Positions 36,507-44,722 of a stretch of 64,000 nt of DNA are shown here, in pieces. This DNA is from Myxococcota bacterium. Its GTDB lineage: Bacteria > Myxococcota_A > UBA9160 > UBA6930. The first letter of the stretch is position 1. Each line of letters opens with the position of its first letter. The notes beneath the pieces were generated by a model, which worked only from the letters and a program-made list of their open reading frames with translations, had not been told where the DNA came from and ran no database searches. A program made the position numbers and the translations under genes. The stretch is from the NCBI GenBank assembly GCA_965223415.1, contig OZ245002.1, forward strand, positions 960,001-1,024,000, given 5' to 3'.

Positions 36507-36848
36507 GTGACGGATCGGGTCTGGCGTGTGTTCCAGGTGGAGGACGTGATCCAGGAGCTCGAAGGGGATGGGAGCCCCTACCGCGAGTTCCTCCGCGTCC
36601 CCTCGCTCTCCTGCGGCATCTATCGTCTGGCCGCAGGCGCCAAGGACCTCCAGGGCCCCCACGACGAGGACGAGGTCTACTTCGTCCTCGACGGCCGGGC
36701 GCGGCTGCGCGTCGACGGCGAGGAGCAGGAGGTGCGCCGCGGCTCCATCCTCTACGTCCGCGCGACCTCCGAGCACTCCTTCGTCGAGATCCTCGAAGAC
36801 ATCACCCTCCTCGTCTTCTTCGCCAGCGGCGGACCCGGAGCCAGCTGA
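36507..36848 (+). CDS. Cupin domain protein
   Basis: DLQGPHDEDEVYFVLDG, G..LYV..TSEHSF; RBS AGGAGG. Confidence 0.88.
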   Translation: MTDRVWRVFQVEDVIQELEGDGSPYREFLRVPSLSCGIYRLAAGAKDLQGPHDEDEVYFVLDGRARLRVDGEEQEVRRGSILYVRATSEHSFVEILEDITLLVFFASGGPGAS

Positions 36849-36853
36849 GGGAC

Positions 36854-37112
36854 GCCGCTTCGCTCCTCCCAGGTTGATCGCGCCTGCAACCGGGGCCCGC
36901 GTCGCCGGCTCCGCGCCCGGGCCGGGCCGGGCGGAAGAAAACCGCAGGCAGGCACGATGCCCGCCGTGGGCGCTGGTCGCCGCCGGCCGAAGGCCGGAGA
37001 CGGCGACCCGTCCATGCGGCTCACGACGCGGGCTTCGCGTCCCGGCCGAGCCATGGAGCCCGGCCCGGGTCGGGAGCCGGCGACTCGATGCGGGCGGAGA
37101 GAGCGAAGCGGC
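36854..37112. other. Highly structured intergenic element of about 260 nt (MITE-like or structured RNA)
   Basis: Three nested perfect 12-bp inverted pairs (36854-65/37101-12, 36901-12/37073-84, 36916-27/37058-69) plus inner hairpins. Confidence 0.6.
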
Positions 37113-37113
37113 C

Positions 37114-38253
37114 TCAGTTCGGGAGCTGGGGGTCCTGCTGGAGGAGGGCGGCCTGGGCCATGAGCTCGCGGAACTTGCTGCGCTCGATGCGTTCCTCGAA
37201 GCCCGCGCGGCGGAGGCGGTGGAAGTACTCCTCCACCTGCTTGATCTGGAGGAGGCCGACGATCTCGACGCCCTTCTGGATCTGCTCGGGCTTCGTGCCC
37301 TTGCCCGCCAGGACGATCATGGCCTCGAAGAGGGAAGAGTCGAACTGGCTGAGGGTGAGGTTCTCGGCCTCATCGAGAGCCAGGTGGAGCTGCTCGCGGC
37401 GCTCGGGGCTGTGGTCGACGATCCACTTCAGGTGCTGCAGGCCGTAGGAGACGTGCCGCGCCTCGTCCTGCATGACGAGCTGGAACATCTTCTTGTCCAC
37501 CGGCGTCGGCGAGATGAACTCGCTGAAGCGGAAGAGGGTGAGGATGTTTCCCTCGGCCAGCAGGTGCATGAAGGCGCTGGCCTCGCTGTAGGTGTCGCCA
37601 TCCAGGATGGCCTTGAGGGAGTGCTCGACCTGGGGCAGGGCCTCCATCAGGCCCACACCGCCGGCCAGCGCGCGCTTGCGGAAGACCTCCGCATGGCGCG
37701 CCTCGTCGATGGCCTGGGTGGCAATGAAGTGCTTCACCTCGTGGAACTGGTTGTTCATGCGCCACAGCCACTTGGCCGGCAGGTCCGTGGCGATCATCTC
37801 CACCTCGGTGAAGAAGGTGCAGAGCTGGGCGAAGGCGATCTCCACCTCCTGGGAGCGCTCGCAGTCGGGCAACTCGTGCCAGGGCACGTCGGTGGTGGCG
37901 TCCCACTGGCGACTCATCGCCTCTTCCGTGAAGGAGGCCACCTTGTAGGCCCAGACGTCGCTCTTGCGGTTCAGCTCGGGGCCGAGATCGGCCTGGCCCG
38001 CCACGTCGTAGGCGGCGCCCCGCGGCGCGGCACCCCGGGGCCCGCGCGGAATCTCCGGAAGATCGTCGAAGCCGTAGCTGCCCCGGTTCAGATCCAGGTA
38101 GGTAAGCCCACGGCGATGGTTCTCCGCGTTCACCTCGACCTGCTCGGTGCCGGCCTGCATCCAGGCGAGGTCGAGGTTGCCCTTGCGGATGTCCTTCATG
38201 CGCTGGACGAAGTCGCCGTTCTCGACGTAGTCGGTGGGGCCGTAGTAGCTCAT
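37114..38253 (-). CDS. Ferritin-like di-iron protein (ligands intact)
   Basis: FTEVE...DEARH...LAEG...DEARH pattern of a carboxylate di-iron four-helix bundle. Confidence 0.88.
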   Translation of the reverse strand: MSYYGPTDYVENGDFVQRMKDIRKGNLDLAWMQAGTEQVEVNAENHRRGLTYLDLNRGSYGFDDLPEIPRGPRGAAPRGAAYDVAGQADLGPELNRKSDVWAYKVASFTEEAMSRQWDATTDVPWHELPDCERSQEVEIAFAQLCTFFTEVEMIATDLPAKWLWRMNNQFHEVKHFIATQAIDEARHAEVFRKRALAGGVGLMEALPQVEHSLKAILDGDTYSEASAFMHLLAEGNILTLFRFSEFISPTPVDKKMFQLVMQDEARHVSYGLQHLKWIVDHSPERREQLHLALDEAENLTLSQFDSSLFEAMIVLAGKGTKPEQIQKGVEIVGLLQIKQVEEYFHRLRRAGFEERIERSKFRELMAQAALLQQDPQLPN

Positions 38254-38262
38254 GAATGGTCC

Positions 38263-39345
38263 TCAGTCCTGGAGCAGGGCCAGGAATTGCGAGATGGGGC
38301 TGCGCCCGCGGCGATCGCCGAGGCCGGCGGCCTCGCAGCGGCGGGCGTACTCCTCGAAGCAGCGGGCGTAGAGGTCGGCCACCGGCCCGAGCCCGTCGCT
38401 CAGCACGATCAGCGGCTCGATCACTTCGCGAGCGCCGAGGGCGCCGACCATTCCGTTCTCCATCAGGTCGAGGTGGCCGTTCAGCGCATCCCGCTCGGCA
38501 GGGCGCGAGGCCACCAACGAGCGAACGTGGTCCACGCCGTAGGCGATGAAGCGCGTCGCGTCCTGCATGAGACGCGCGCCGAGGAAGGTGTCCGCCTCGT
38601 TGCGCGACGCCCACTCCCAGTGGCGGCCGAGGCCCTGCACGAAGGAGAAGAGCATCAGGTTCATCGAGGCCGAGGCGCAGGGGTAGGTGCCGGACTCGAT
38701 CACCATCTTGAGCAGGTCGCCCAGCTCGGCGGAATCGCGGCCCAGGTGCCCGGCACCGTAGAGGGCGCGCTTGCGAAAGGCCTCGGCGATGCGCGCGGCG
38801 TCGATCATCTGCAGGCACATCAGGTACTTGATCTCGTGGAACTCCTGGTTCATCAGGAACTCCCAACGCGCCGGGAGGTCGCAGGTGACCAGACCGATCG
38901 AGACCAGGTCGGTGGCGAGCTGGCGCAGCGCCGCGTCCTGCTCCGCGCCGAGCTCGGCCCCGTCGAGGGCCTCCCAGGGCACGTCGCGGGCCGGCCGCCA
39001 GTGCCGGGTCTTGCCCTCCTCGTAGATCCGGGTCGCCGCGTCCGCCCACAGCTCGCTCTTGCGGTTCAGGCGGTAGCCCAGCGAGGGAAGGTTCGCGGGC
39101 AGAATGGCGCCGCGGGGTGCCATCGAGAAGTTGTGGCGGACGATTTCCGGCAGGTGCTCGGGGCCGTAGCTGCCCTTGTTGATGTCGTCGAGGGTGAGGC
39201 CGCGCTTGGGCTCGGCGGCCCGCGCCTCGATCCGCTCGCGGATGCTGTCCATCCAGTCGAGCTTGAGATCGCCGGAGAGGGTGCGCCCCAGCATCTCCAT
39301 CAGCTCGGGATCCAGAGAGAAGTCCTTCGGTGCGATGTAGGCCAT
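38263..39345 (-). CDS. Ferritin-like paralogue lacking metal ligands
   Basis: Colinear with 37114-38253 (LNRKS..WA, DLPA.W...MN..FHE.K, FRKRAL) but DAARI and DATRF replace both DEARH motifs; ATG at 39345. Confidence 0.8.
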   Translation of the reverse strand: MAYIAPKDFSLDPELMEMLGRTLSGDLKLDWMDSIRERIEARAAEPKRGLTLDDINKGSYGPEHLPEIVRHNFSMAPRGAILPANLPSLGYRLNRKSELWADAATRIYEEGKTRHWRPARDVPWEALDGAELGAEQDAALRQLATDLVSIGLVTCDLPARWEFLMNQEFHEIKYLMCLQMIDAARIAEAFRKRALYGAGHLGRDSAELGDLLKMVIESGTYPCASASMNLMLFSFVQGLGRHWEWASRNEADTFLGARLMQDATRFIAYGVDHVRSLVASRPAERDALNGHLDLMENGMVGALGAREVIEPLIVLSDGLGPVADLYARCFEEYARRCEAAGLGDRRGRSPISQFLALLQD

Positions 39346-39353
39346 GACGAGCC

Positions 39354-39776
39354 TCAGCCGACGGCCACGTCGAGGTGACGCGCCTGGTCGAAGAACTCCT
39401 GGATCGTGGCCATGAAGCGATAGAAGCAGTCGTGGCCCTCGGCGTCCTCGTACTCGACGCTGATCACGTCGCCCACGTGGGAGAGCGTGTTCAGGGTGTG
39501 GGCGGCGTCGGCGCCGCCGTTGTCCAGGATCGAACGGACCATCTCCTTCCAGGTATCGACCGGCGCGGCAAGCACGAAGTCGAGCGCCGCGGCGTCGCCG
39601 CCCTCCGCCACCTCCACGCACTCGTAGACCTCGAAGCGGATGCGCGTGAGCTCGTCGCCGATGCGCACGCCGAAGGTCGTGTCGCAGGTGCCGAGCTTCT
39701 CGAAGGTGACCGGATCCTCGGTCGTCCGCTTCTGCAGGGCTTCGAAGAACTCGAGAGAGGGGAAGGGAATGGCCAC
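39354..39776 (-). CDS. Small acidic SCP2-like hypothetical protein
   Basis: GTG start after GAGGAGG; PFPSLEFFEALQ...DFVLAAPVDTWKEM...FYRFMATIQEFFD. Confidence 0.7.
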   Translation of the reverse strand: MAIPFPSLEFFEALQKRTTEDPVTFEKLGTCDTTFGVRIGDELTRIRFEVYECVEVAEGGDAAALDFVLAAPVDTWKEMVRSILDNGGADAAHTLNTLSHVGDVISVEYEDAEGHDCFYRFMATIQEFFDQARHLDVAVG

Positions 39777-39966
39777 GGCGGGTCCTCCTCGAGCGCCTTG
39801 AGGTCGCAAGAGGCGTGCCGTGCGAGGCGCGCCGCGGGCGCGCTCGACCGGTCGGGCGGCCCATTGCGCCCCATTCCAGTGGGCCGACCTGCCCCACTTC
39901 CGCCATGGGCAGGGCGGCACCGTTTCCCTGCCCCGGGCATGGGGCTTGCGTCGGAGGCTCGGCAGC

Positions 39967-41385
39967 ATGCAGGCAGAGGTGCATCCCGAGGCGGCCGAGC
40001 CGGTCCATCCGATCCCGGAGCCGGGACGGCTGCGGGAGCTGATCCGCCGCTATGGTGGCCCCGGGCCCCGCTACACGAGCTATCCGACCGCGCCGGAGTG
40101 GTCCGACGGCTTCGGCGCGGCCGACTTCGCCGGCGCTCTGGCCACCTGCGGTGCGCGCACGCTCTCCCTCTACGTGCACGTCCCCTTCTGCGAGCGGCTG
40201 TGCTCGTTCTGCGCCTGCAACCGCATCATCACCCAGGACCATTCGGTCGGCGGCCCGTTCCTCGACCGCATCGAGCGCGAGATGGACCTCGCTTCCGGGA
40301 AGCTGGGCGCCGGCCGGGCGCAGGTGCAGCTCGCCGTGGGTGGCGGCAGCCCGAACTTCCTCCGCACCGAGGAGCTCGAGCGATTGGCCCGGATCGTCGA
40401 CGAGCGCTTCCCTCCGGCCGCGAACGCGGAGCGCAGTATCGAGCTCGACCCACGCCGCGCCGAGGACGAGCAGGTCGAGCTGCTGCTGGCGCGCGGGTTC
40501 AACCGTTTGAGCTTCGGCGTGCAGGACCTCGACCCCGGGGTCCAGCAGGCGATCAACCGCCACTCCCGACCCGAGCGACTCGCCGCCCTGGTCGGGCTGG
40601 CTCGCGCCCGCGGGGTCGACAGCATCAACTTCGACCTGATCTACGGGCTGCCGGAGCAGACGGTCGCGTCCTTCCGGCGAACCCTGGACCAGGTGCTGGA
40701 GCTGCGGCCCGACCGCATCGCCCTCTACGGCTACGCCCACGTCACCTGGATCTCGAAGGCGCAACGCAGCTTCGAGAAGAAGGACCTCCCGACGCCGGAG
40801 CAGCGCCTGGCCATCTTCCAGACGGCGATCGAGAAGCTGTGCGGCGCGGGCTACCGCTACCTCGGGATGGACCACTTCGCCCTGCCCACCGATGCCCTCG
40901 CCGCGGCTTCGCGGGAAGGTCGGCTCACCCGCAACTTCATGGGCTACACCGTGGCCGCGGGCAAGGCACTGCTCGCCTTCGGCCCGAGTGCGATCTCCGA
41001 GCTGGATGGGGTCTACGCCCAGTCCGAGAAGGATCCGGAGGTCTGGGCTTCGCAGGTGGACGCCGGGCACTTCGCCACCACCCGCGGCGTGCTGCTCAGC
41101 CCGGACGACCTGGAGCGACGCTGGCTGATCCGCGCGCTGCTCTGCGACGGTCGCGTTCCGGACAAGGCGTTCTTCGAGACCTTCGGCGAGGCGCTGCGCG
41201 ATCGAATCCCGGACCTGGACGTCGAGCTCGAGCCCTTCGTCCGGGACGGCATGATGGTGCCCGACGGCACCGGCTACCGGGTCACCGACGGCGGCTGGCT
41301 CTTCCTTCGCCCGATGGCGATGACCTTCGACGCCTATCTGAAGAACGGTGGGACGGCGCCGCGGCGCTATTCCTCCACCGTGTGA
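39967..41385 (+). CDS. hemN: Oxygen-independent coproporphyrinogen III oxidase
   Basis: GPRYTSYPTA, radical SAM CERLCSFCAC, FDLIYGLP, GMDHFA, RNFMGYT. Confidence 0.95.
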   Translation: MQAEVHPEAAEPVHPIPEPGRLRELIRRYGGPGPRYTSYPTAPEWSDGFGAADFAGALATCGARTLSLYVHVPFCERLCSFCACNRIITQDHSVGGPFLDRIEREMDLASGKLGAGRAQVQLAVGGGSPNFLRTEELERLARIVDERFPPAANAERSIELDPRRAEDEQVELLLARGFNRLSFGVQDLDPGVQQAINRHSRPERLAALVGLARARGVDSINFDLIYGLPEQTVASFRRTLDQVLELRPDRIALYGYAHVTWISKAQRSFEKKDLPTPEQRLAIFQTAIEKLCGAGYRYLGMDHFALPTDALAAASREGRLTRNFMGYTVAAGKALLAFGPSAISELDGVYAQSEKDPEVWASQVDAGHFATTRGVLLSPDDLERRWLIRALLCDGRVPDKAFFETFGEALRDRIPDLDVELEPFVRDGMMVPDGTGYRVTDGGWLFLRPMAMTFDAYLKNGGTAPRRYSSTV

Positions 41386-41395
41386 GGAGAACCCC

Positions 41396-42697
41396 ATGTC
41401 CCGAGTGGTCTTCGAGAACGCGAACCTGGTCGACGGCAGGAACCCCGCTCGCGACGGCGTGACCGTGGTCGTCGAGGACGAGCGCATCGCCCGCGTGACC
41501 GACGGCCCGGTGGAGACCGGCGGCGACGACCGGGTGATCGACCTCGCCGGCAAGACCCTCATGCCCGGCATGGTGCAGGCCCACTTCCACTCCCACTTCG
41601 GTGCCTTCGGCGAGGGCGTGACGGCGCCGGCCCTCGGGCTGGAGGCCGCGCCCCCCTTCCTCTCGATGCTCGCGGCGGAGAACGCGAAGACGGCGCTCCA
41701 CTGCGGCTTCACCGGTGCCCTCGGCTCGAGCAGCGGTCACGGCATCGACGTGTGCCTGAAGGAGGCGATCCTCCTCGGACTGGTCCAGGGCCCGCGCTAC
41801 CAGGCCTGCACCCGCGAGCTGGTCACCACCGGCGAGAGCTCCGACTACCCGAACAACCGCACCTGGTTCATGGAGCTCGGCAACCACGGCCTCACCTACG
41901 AGGTGGACGGTGCCGACGCCTGGCGCTTCGCGACGCGGGCGGAGCTGGGCAAGGGCGCCGACATCGTGAAGATCTCGGTCAGTCCGGGCCACGGCTCGGT
42001 GCCGGCCCGCGACGTCATGTACCTGACCCAGGAGGAGCTCTTCGCCTGCGTCGACACCGCCCACAATCTCGGCAAGCGCGTTCGCGCCCACGTCGCCTCG
42101 CGCACCGGCGTGCTCGAGTGCGCGCGGGCCGGCGTCGACGTGATCGACCACGCCGACCGCCTCGACGAGGAATGCATCGAGGCGATCCTCGAGGCCGGGA
42201 GCTTCGTCGTCCCGAGCATGCTCTGGACCGTGCGCTTCCTGGAGATCGCCGAGAGCTGGGACCACGCCGAGAAGCCGCTGCCGATCAGCGAAGGCTATCC
42301 CGAGGAGCTCGAAACGACCCTCGCGCGCATCCGCGGCGTGCGCGAGGACTTCGAGCACACCCGCCGCATGATGCCCGAGGCCAACCGCGCCGGCGTGAAG
42401 ATGGTGGTGGGGGACGACTACGGCACGCCGGTGATGCCCCACGGCAGCTACGCCGACGAGCTCGAGCTCTACGTGAAGGAGCTGGGCTTCCCCGCCCTCG
42501 ACGTGATCCGCTGGGCCACGGCGAACGGCGCAGCTCTTCTCCAGATGGAGGACGACGCGGGCACCGTCGAAGAAGGCAAGCTCGCCGACCTGCTGGTCGT
42601 CGACGGGGACCCCCTCGCCGACATCGCCTGCCTCAAGGACACCGCCAACCTCCACGCCATCCTGAAGGGCGGCGCCTTCGTGAAGGACACCCTCTAG
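41396..42697 (+). CDS. Amidohydrolase family protein (Xaa-Pro dipeptidase-like)
   Basis: MPGMVQAHFH, GADIVK, RAH, IDH, GDD, GKLADLLVVDGDP. Confidence 0.88.
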   Translation: MSRVVFENANLVDGRNPARDGVTVVVEDERIARVTDGPVETGGDDRVIDLAGKTLMPGMVQAHFHSHFGAFGEGVTAPALGLEAAPPFLSMLAAENAKTALHCGFTGALGSSSGHGIDVCLKEAILLGLVQGPRYQACTRELVTTGESSDYPNNRTWFMELGNHGLTYEVDGADAWRFATRAELGKGADIVKISVSPGHGSVPARDVMYLTQEELFACVDTAHNLGKRVRAHVASRTGVLECARAGVDVIDHADRLDEECIEAILEAGSFVVPSMLWTVRFLEIAESWDHAEKPLPISEGYPEELETTLARIRGVREDFEHTRRMMPEANRAGVKMVVGDDYGTPVMPHGSYADELELYVKELGFPALDVIRWATANGAALLQMEDDAGTVEEGKLADLLVVDGDPLADIACLKDTANLHAILKGGAFVKDTL

Positions 42698-42737
42698 GGA
42701 GCGCTTCGGGGTACCATCGGGCATCGGGAGGCCTCCC

Positions 42738-44150
42738 ATGCCCGTCAGCTACGAAGAGTGGATGAGCGACGGCGACGCGCTCATGTGGAACATCGAGCGC
42801 GATCCCGTGCTGCGCTCGACGGTCACCAGCGTCTGGATCCTCGACCGCATGCCGGACCTCGAGCGCTTCGAGGCCACCTTCGATCGGGCCCTCCACAAGA
42901 TCCCCCGGCTGCGCCAGCGGGTGGTCGCCGACGGCCTGGGGGTCGCGACGCCGCGCTGGGAGGACGACCCGCTCTTCGACCGCAGCTTCCACGTGCGGCG
43001 CCTCCGCGCGCCCGGGGAGGGGGACCTCCGCGATCTGCTCGACCTGGCGGCCCCGCTGGCGGGCCAGGCCTTCGACAAGGACCGGCCGCTCTGGGAGTTC
43101 CACCTGGTCGACGGCCTGGAGAGCGGCCGCGCCGGCGTGATCCTGCGCCTGCACCATGCGATCTCCGACGGCGTCGGCATGGTGCGCATGACCAACACCC
43201 TGATCGAGCGCTCCCGCGAACCGAAGCCCGGCCGCGAGCTGCCCCGGACCGTCGCCGACGACCGGGAGCCCGCGCCCTGCGCGCGCTCGGGCGAGATGGA
43301 GCACCTGGCCTCGGCGGTGCAGCAGCGGGTCATGAACGCCACCGAGCGCGGTCGCCGCGTGGGAAGCGCCCTCGGCCGCGGGCTGCTGGAAGCCGTGAGG
43401 GATCCGGCCGGCGCCGCCCAGAAGCTGGCGGACACGGCGGGCTCGGTGGGCCGGCTGGTGAAGCCCGCCAACGAGCCCCTCTCACCGATCTGGAGGGAAC
43501 GCTCCTTCTCGGTGCACCTGGACGCGCTGCTCGTCTCCTTCGACGCCCTTCGGGCCGCCGCCAAGACCGTGGACGGCACCCTGAACGACGCCTTCGTCGC
43601 GGCCGTCGCCGGGGGCCTGCGCCTCTATCACGAGGGGCACGGAAGGTCGGCGAAAGAGCTGCGCATGAACATGCCGATCAACATCCGCGACGGCGAGGAG
43701 CGGGACCGGGCGGGCAACCAGTTCGTCCCGGCCCGCTTCGCGGTGCCGGTCGGCATCGAGGATCCGAAGCGGCGCATGAGGGCCATCCGCGAGCTCGTCC
43801 GCGCCCAGCGCTCGGAACCCGCCCTGCCCCTGATGGACGAGGTCTCGGGCGCGATCAACCGGCTGGGCGTTGTGGCGGCCACCTCCGTCGTGAGCGGGAT
43901 GATGAAGTCGGTGGACTTCGTGACCAGCAACGTGCCCGGGCCGCCCTTCCCGGTCTACATGGGCGGGGCGCGGATCGAGCAGATGTTCCCCTTCGGTCCG
44001 CTGGCAGGCGCCGCTGTGAACGTGACCCTCTTCAGCTACGACGGCCAGCTCCAGCTCGGCATCAACTCGGACCGCCTCGCCGTGCCCGACCCGGACCGCC
44101 TGCTGGACTGCATCGAGGCCGGGATCGACGAAGTCACCTCCGTCTCCTGA
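42738..44150 (+). CDS. Wax ester synthase/DGAT
   Basis: HHAISDG, FDKDRPLWE, TLNDAF, SNVPGP. Confidence 0.93.
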   Translation: MPVSYEEWMSDGDALMWNIERDPVLRSTVTSVWILDRMPDLERFEATFDRALHKIPRLRQRVVADGLGVATPRWEDDPLFDRSFHVRRLRAPGEGDLRDLLDLAAPLAGQAFDKDRPLWEFHLVDGLESGRAGVILRLHHAISDGVGMVRMTNTLIERSREPKPGRELPRTVADDREPAPCARSGEMEHLASAVQQRVMNATERGRRVGSALGRGLLEAVRDPAGAAQKLADTAGSVGRLVKPANEPLSPIWRERSFSVHLDALLVSFDALRAAAKTVDGTLNDAFVAAVAGGLRLYHEGHGRSAKELRMNMPINIRDGEERDRAGNQFVPARFAVPVGIEDPKRRMRAIRELVRAQRSEPALPLMDEVSGAINRLGVVAATSVVSGMMKSVDFVTSNVPGPPFPVYMGGARIEQMFPFGPLAGAAVNVTLFSYDGQLQLGINSDRLAVPDPDRLLDCIEAGIDEVTSVS

Positions 44151-44154
44151 TGAA

Positions 44155-44228
44155 GAACCGGGGCCAGAGTTAAGAATTCAGTTACGCCCCTTGGGGCGTA
44201 ACTGAATTCTTAACTCTGGCCCCGGTTC
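44155..44228. repeat. Perfect 36-bp inverted repeat with a 2-nt spacer
   Basis: GAACCGGGGCCAGAGTTAAGAATTCAGTTACGCCCC-TT-its exact reverse complement. Confidence 0.95.
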
Positions 44229-44680
44229 CTGATCTGGGTGCCGGCGTAGATGGCGACCATGGCGCCGACCGCTCCCACGATGGCGGCGACGAAGAGCAGG
44301 TAGACGAGGCCGTTCCAGCCGAAGCCATCGAAAGCCAGACCCCGGGTCCCGGTGAGGGGGCCCAGCCAGGAGGCGACGATGTTGCCCCAGGCGCAGACGA
44401 GGAGGCCCTTCGTCACCCAGCCGGTGCCGCGCGGGCCGAGCGCCAACAGCGGCGCTACCGCGGCGACGCCGATCAGGAGCAGGCCGTTCAGGATTCCTTC
44501 GAGGTGCGCCATGCGCCAGCCGCGCGCGTCGCCGGGCAGGTCGACGGCGAGCTGACCGGGAATCGGCCACACCTCGACCCGCCCCAGGATCTCGAAGGCG
44601 AAGGGAAAGCCGGCCATCAGGCCGAGGAGGAAGACGAGGGCGCCATGGGCCACCAGGGTTCGACGGTCTCGTTCGGTCAT
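44210..44680 (-). CDS. Styrene oxide isomerase (StyC)-like membrane protein
   Basis: Four TM segments; HG.L, PG...GW..AH....LNG, W.N, RGL.F as in StyC; stop lies inside the palindrome. Confidence 0.7.
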   Translation of the reverse strand: MTERDRRTLVAHGALVFLLGLMAGFPFAFEILGRVEVWPIPGQLAVDLPGDARGWRMAHLEGILNGLLLIGVAAVAPLLALGPRGTGWVTKGLLVCAWGNIVASWLGPLTGTRGLAFDGFGWNGLVYLLFVAAIVGAVGAMVAIYAGTQIRNRGQS

Positions 44681-44722
44681 CGCTTGCTCCCGTGAGCCTC
44701 GCGGACGTGCGAGACTCGCCCC

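Noticed and set aside
38263..41712. 1149-aa minus-strand ORF as a single gene
   Set aside because: Only the last 360 codons (from 39345) are a real protein; the rest is antisense to hemN and off-frame to the small gene.
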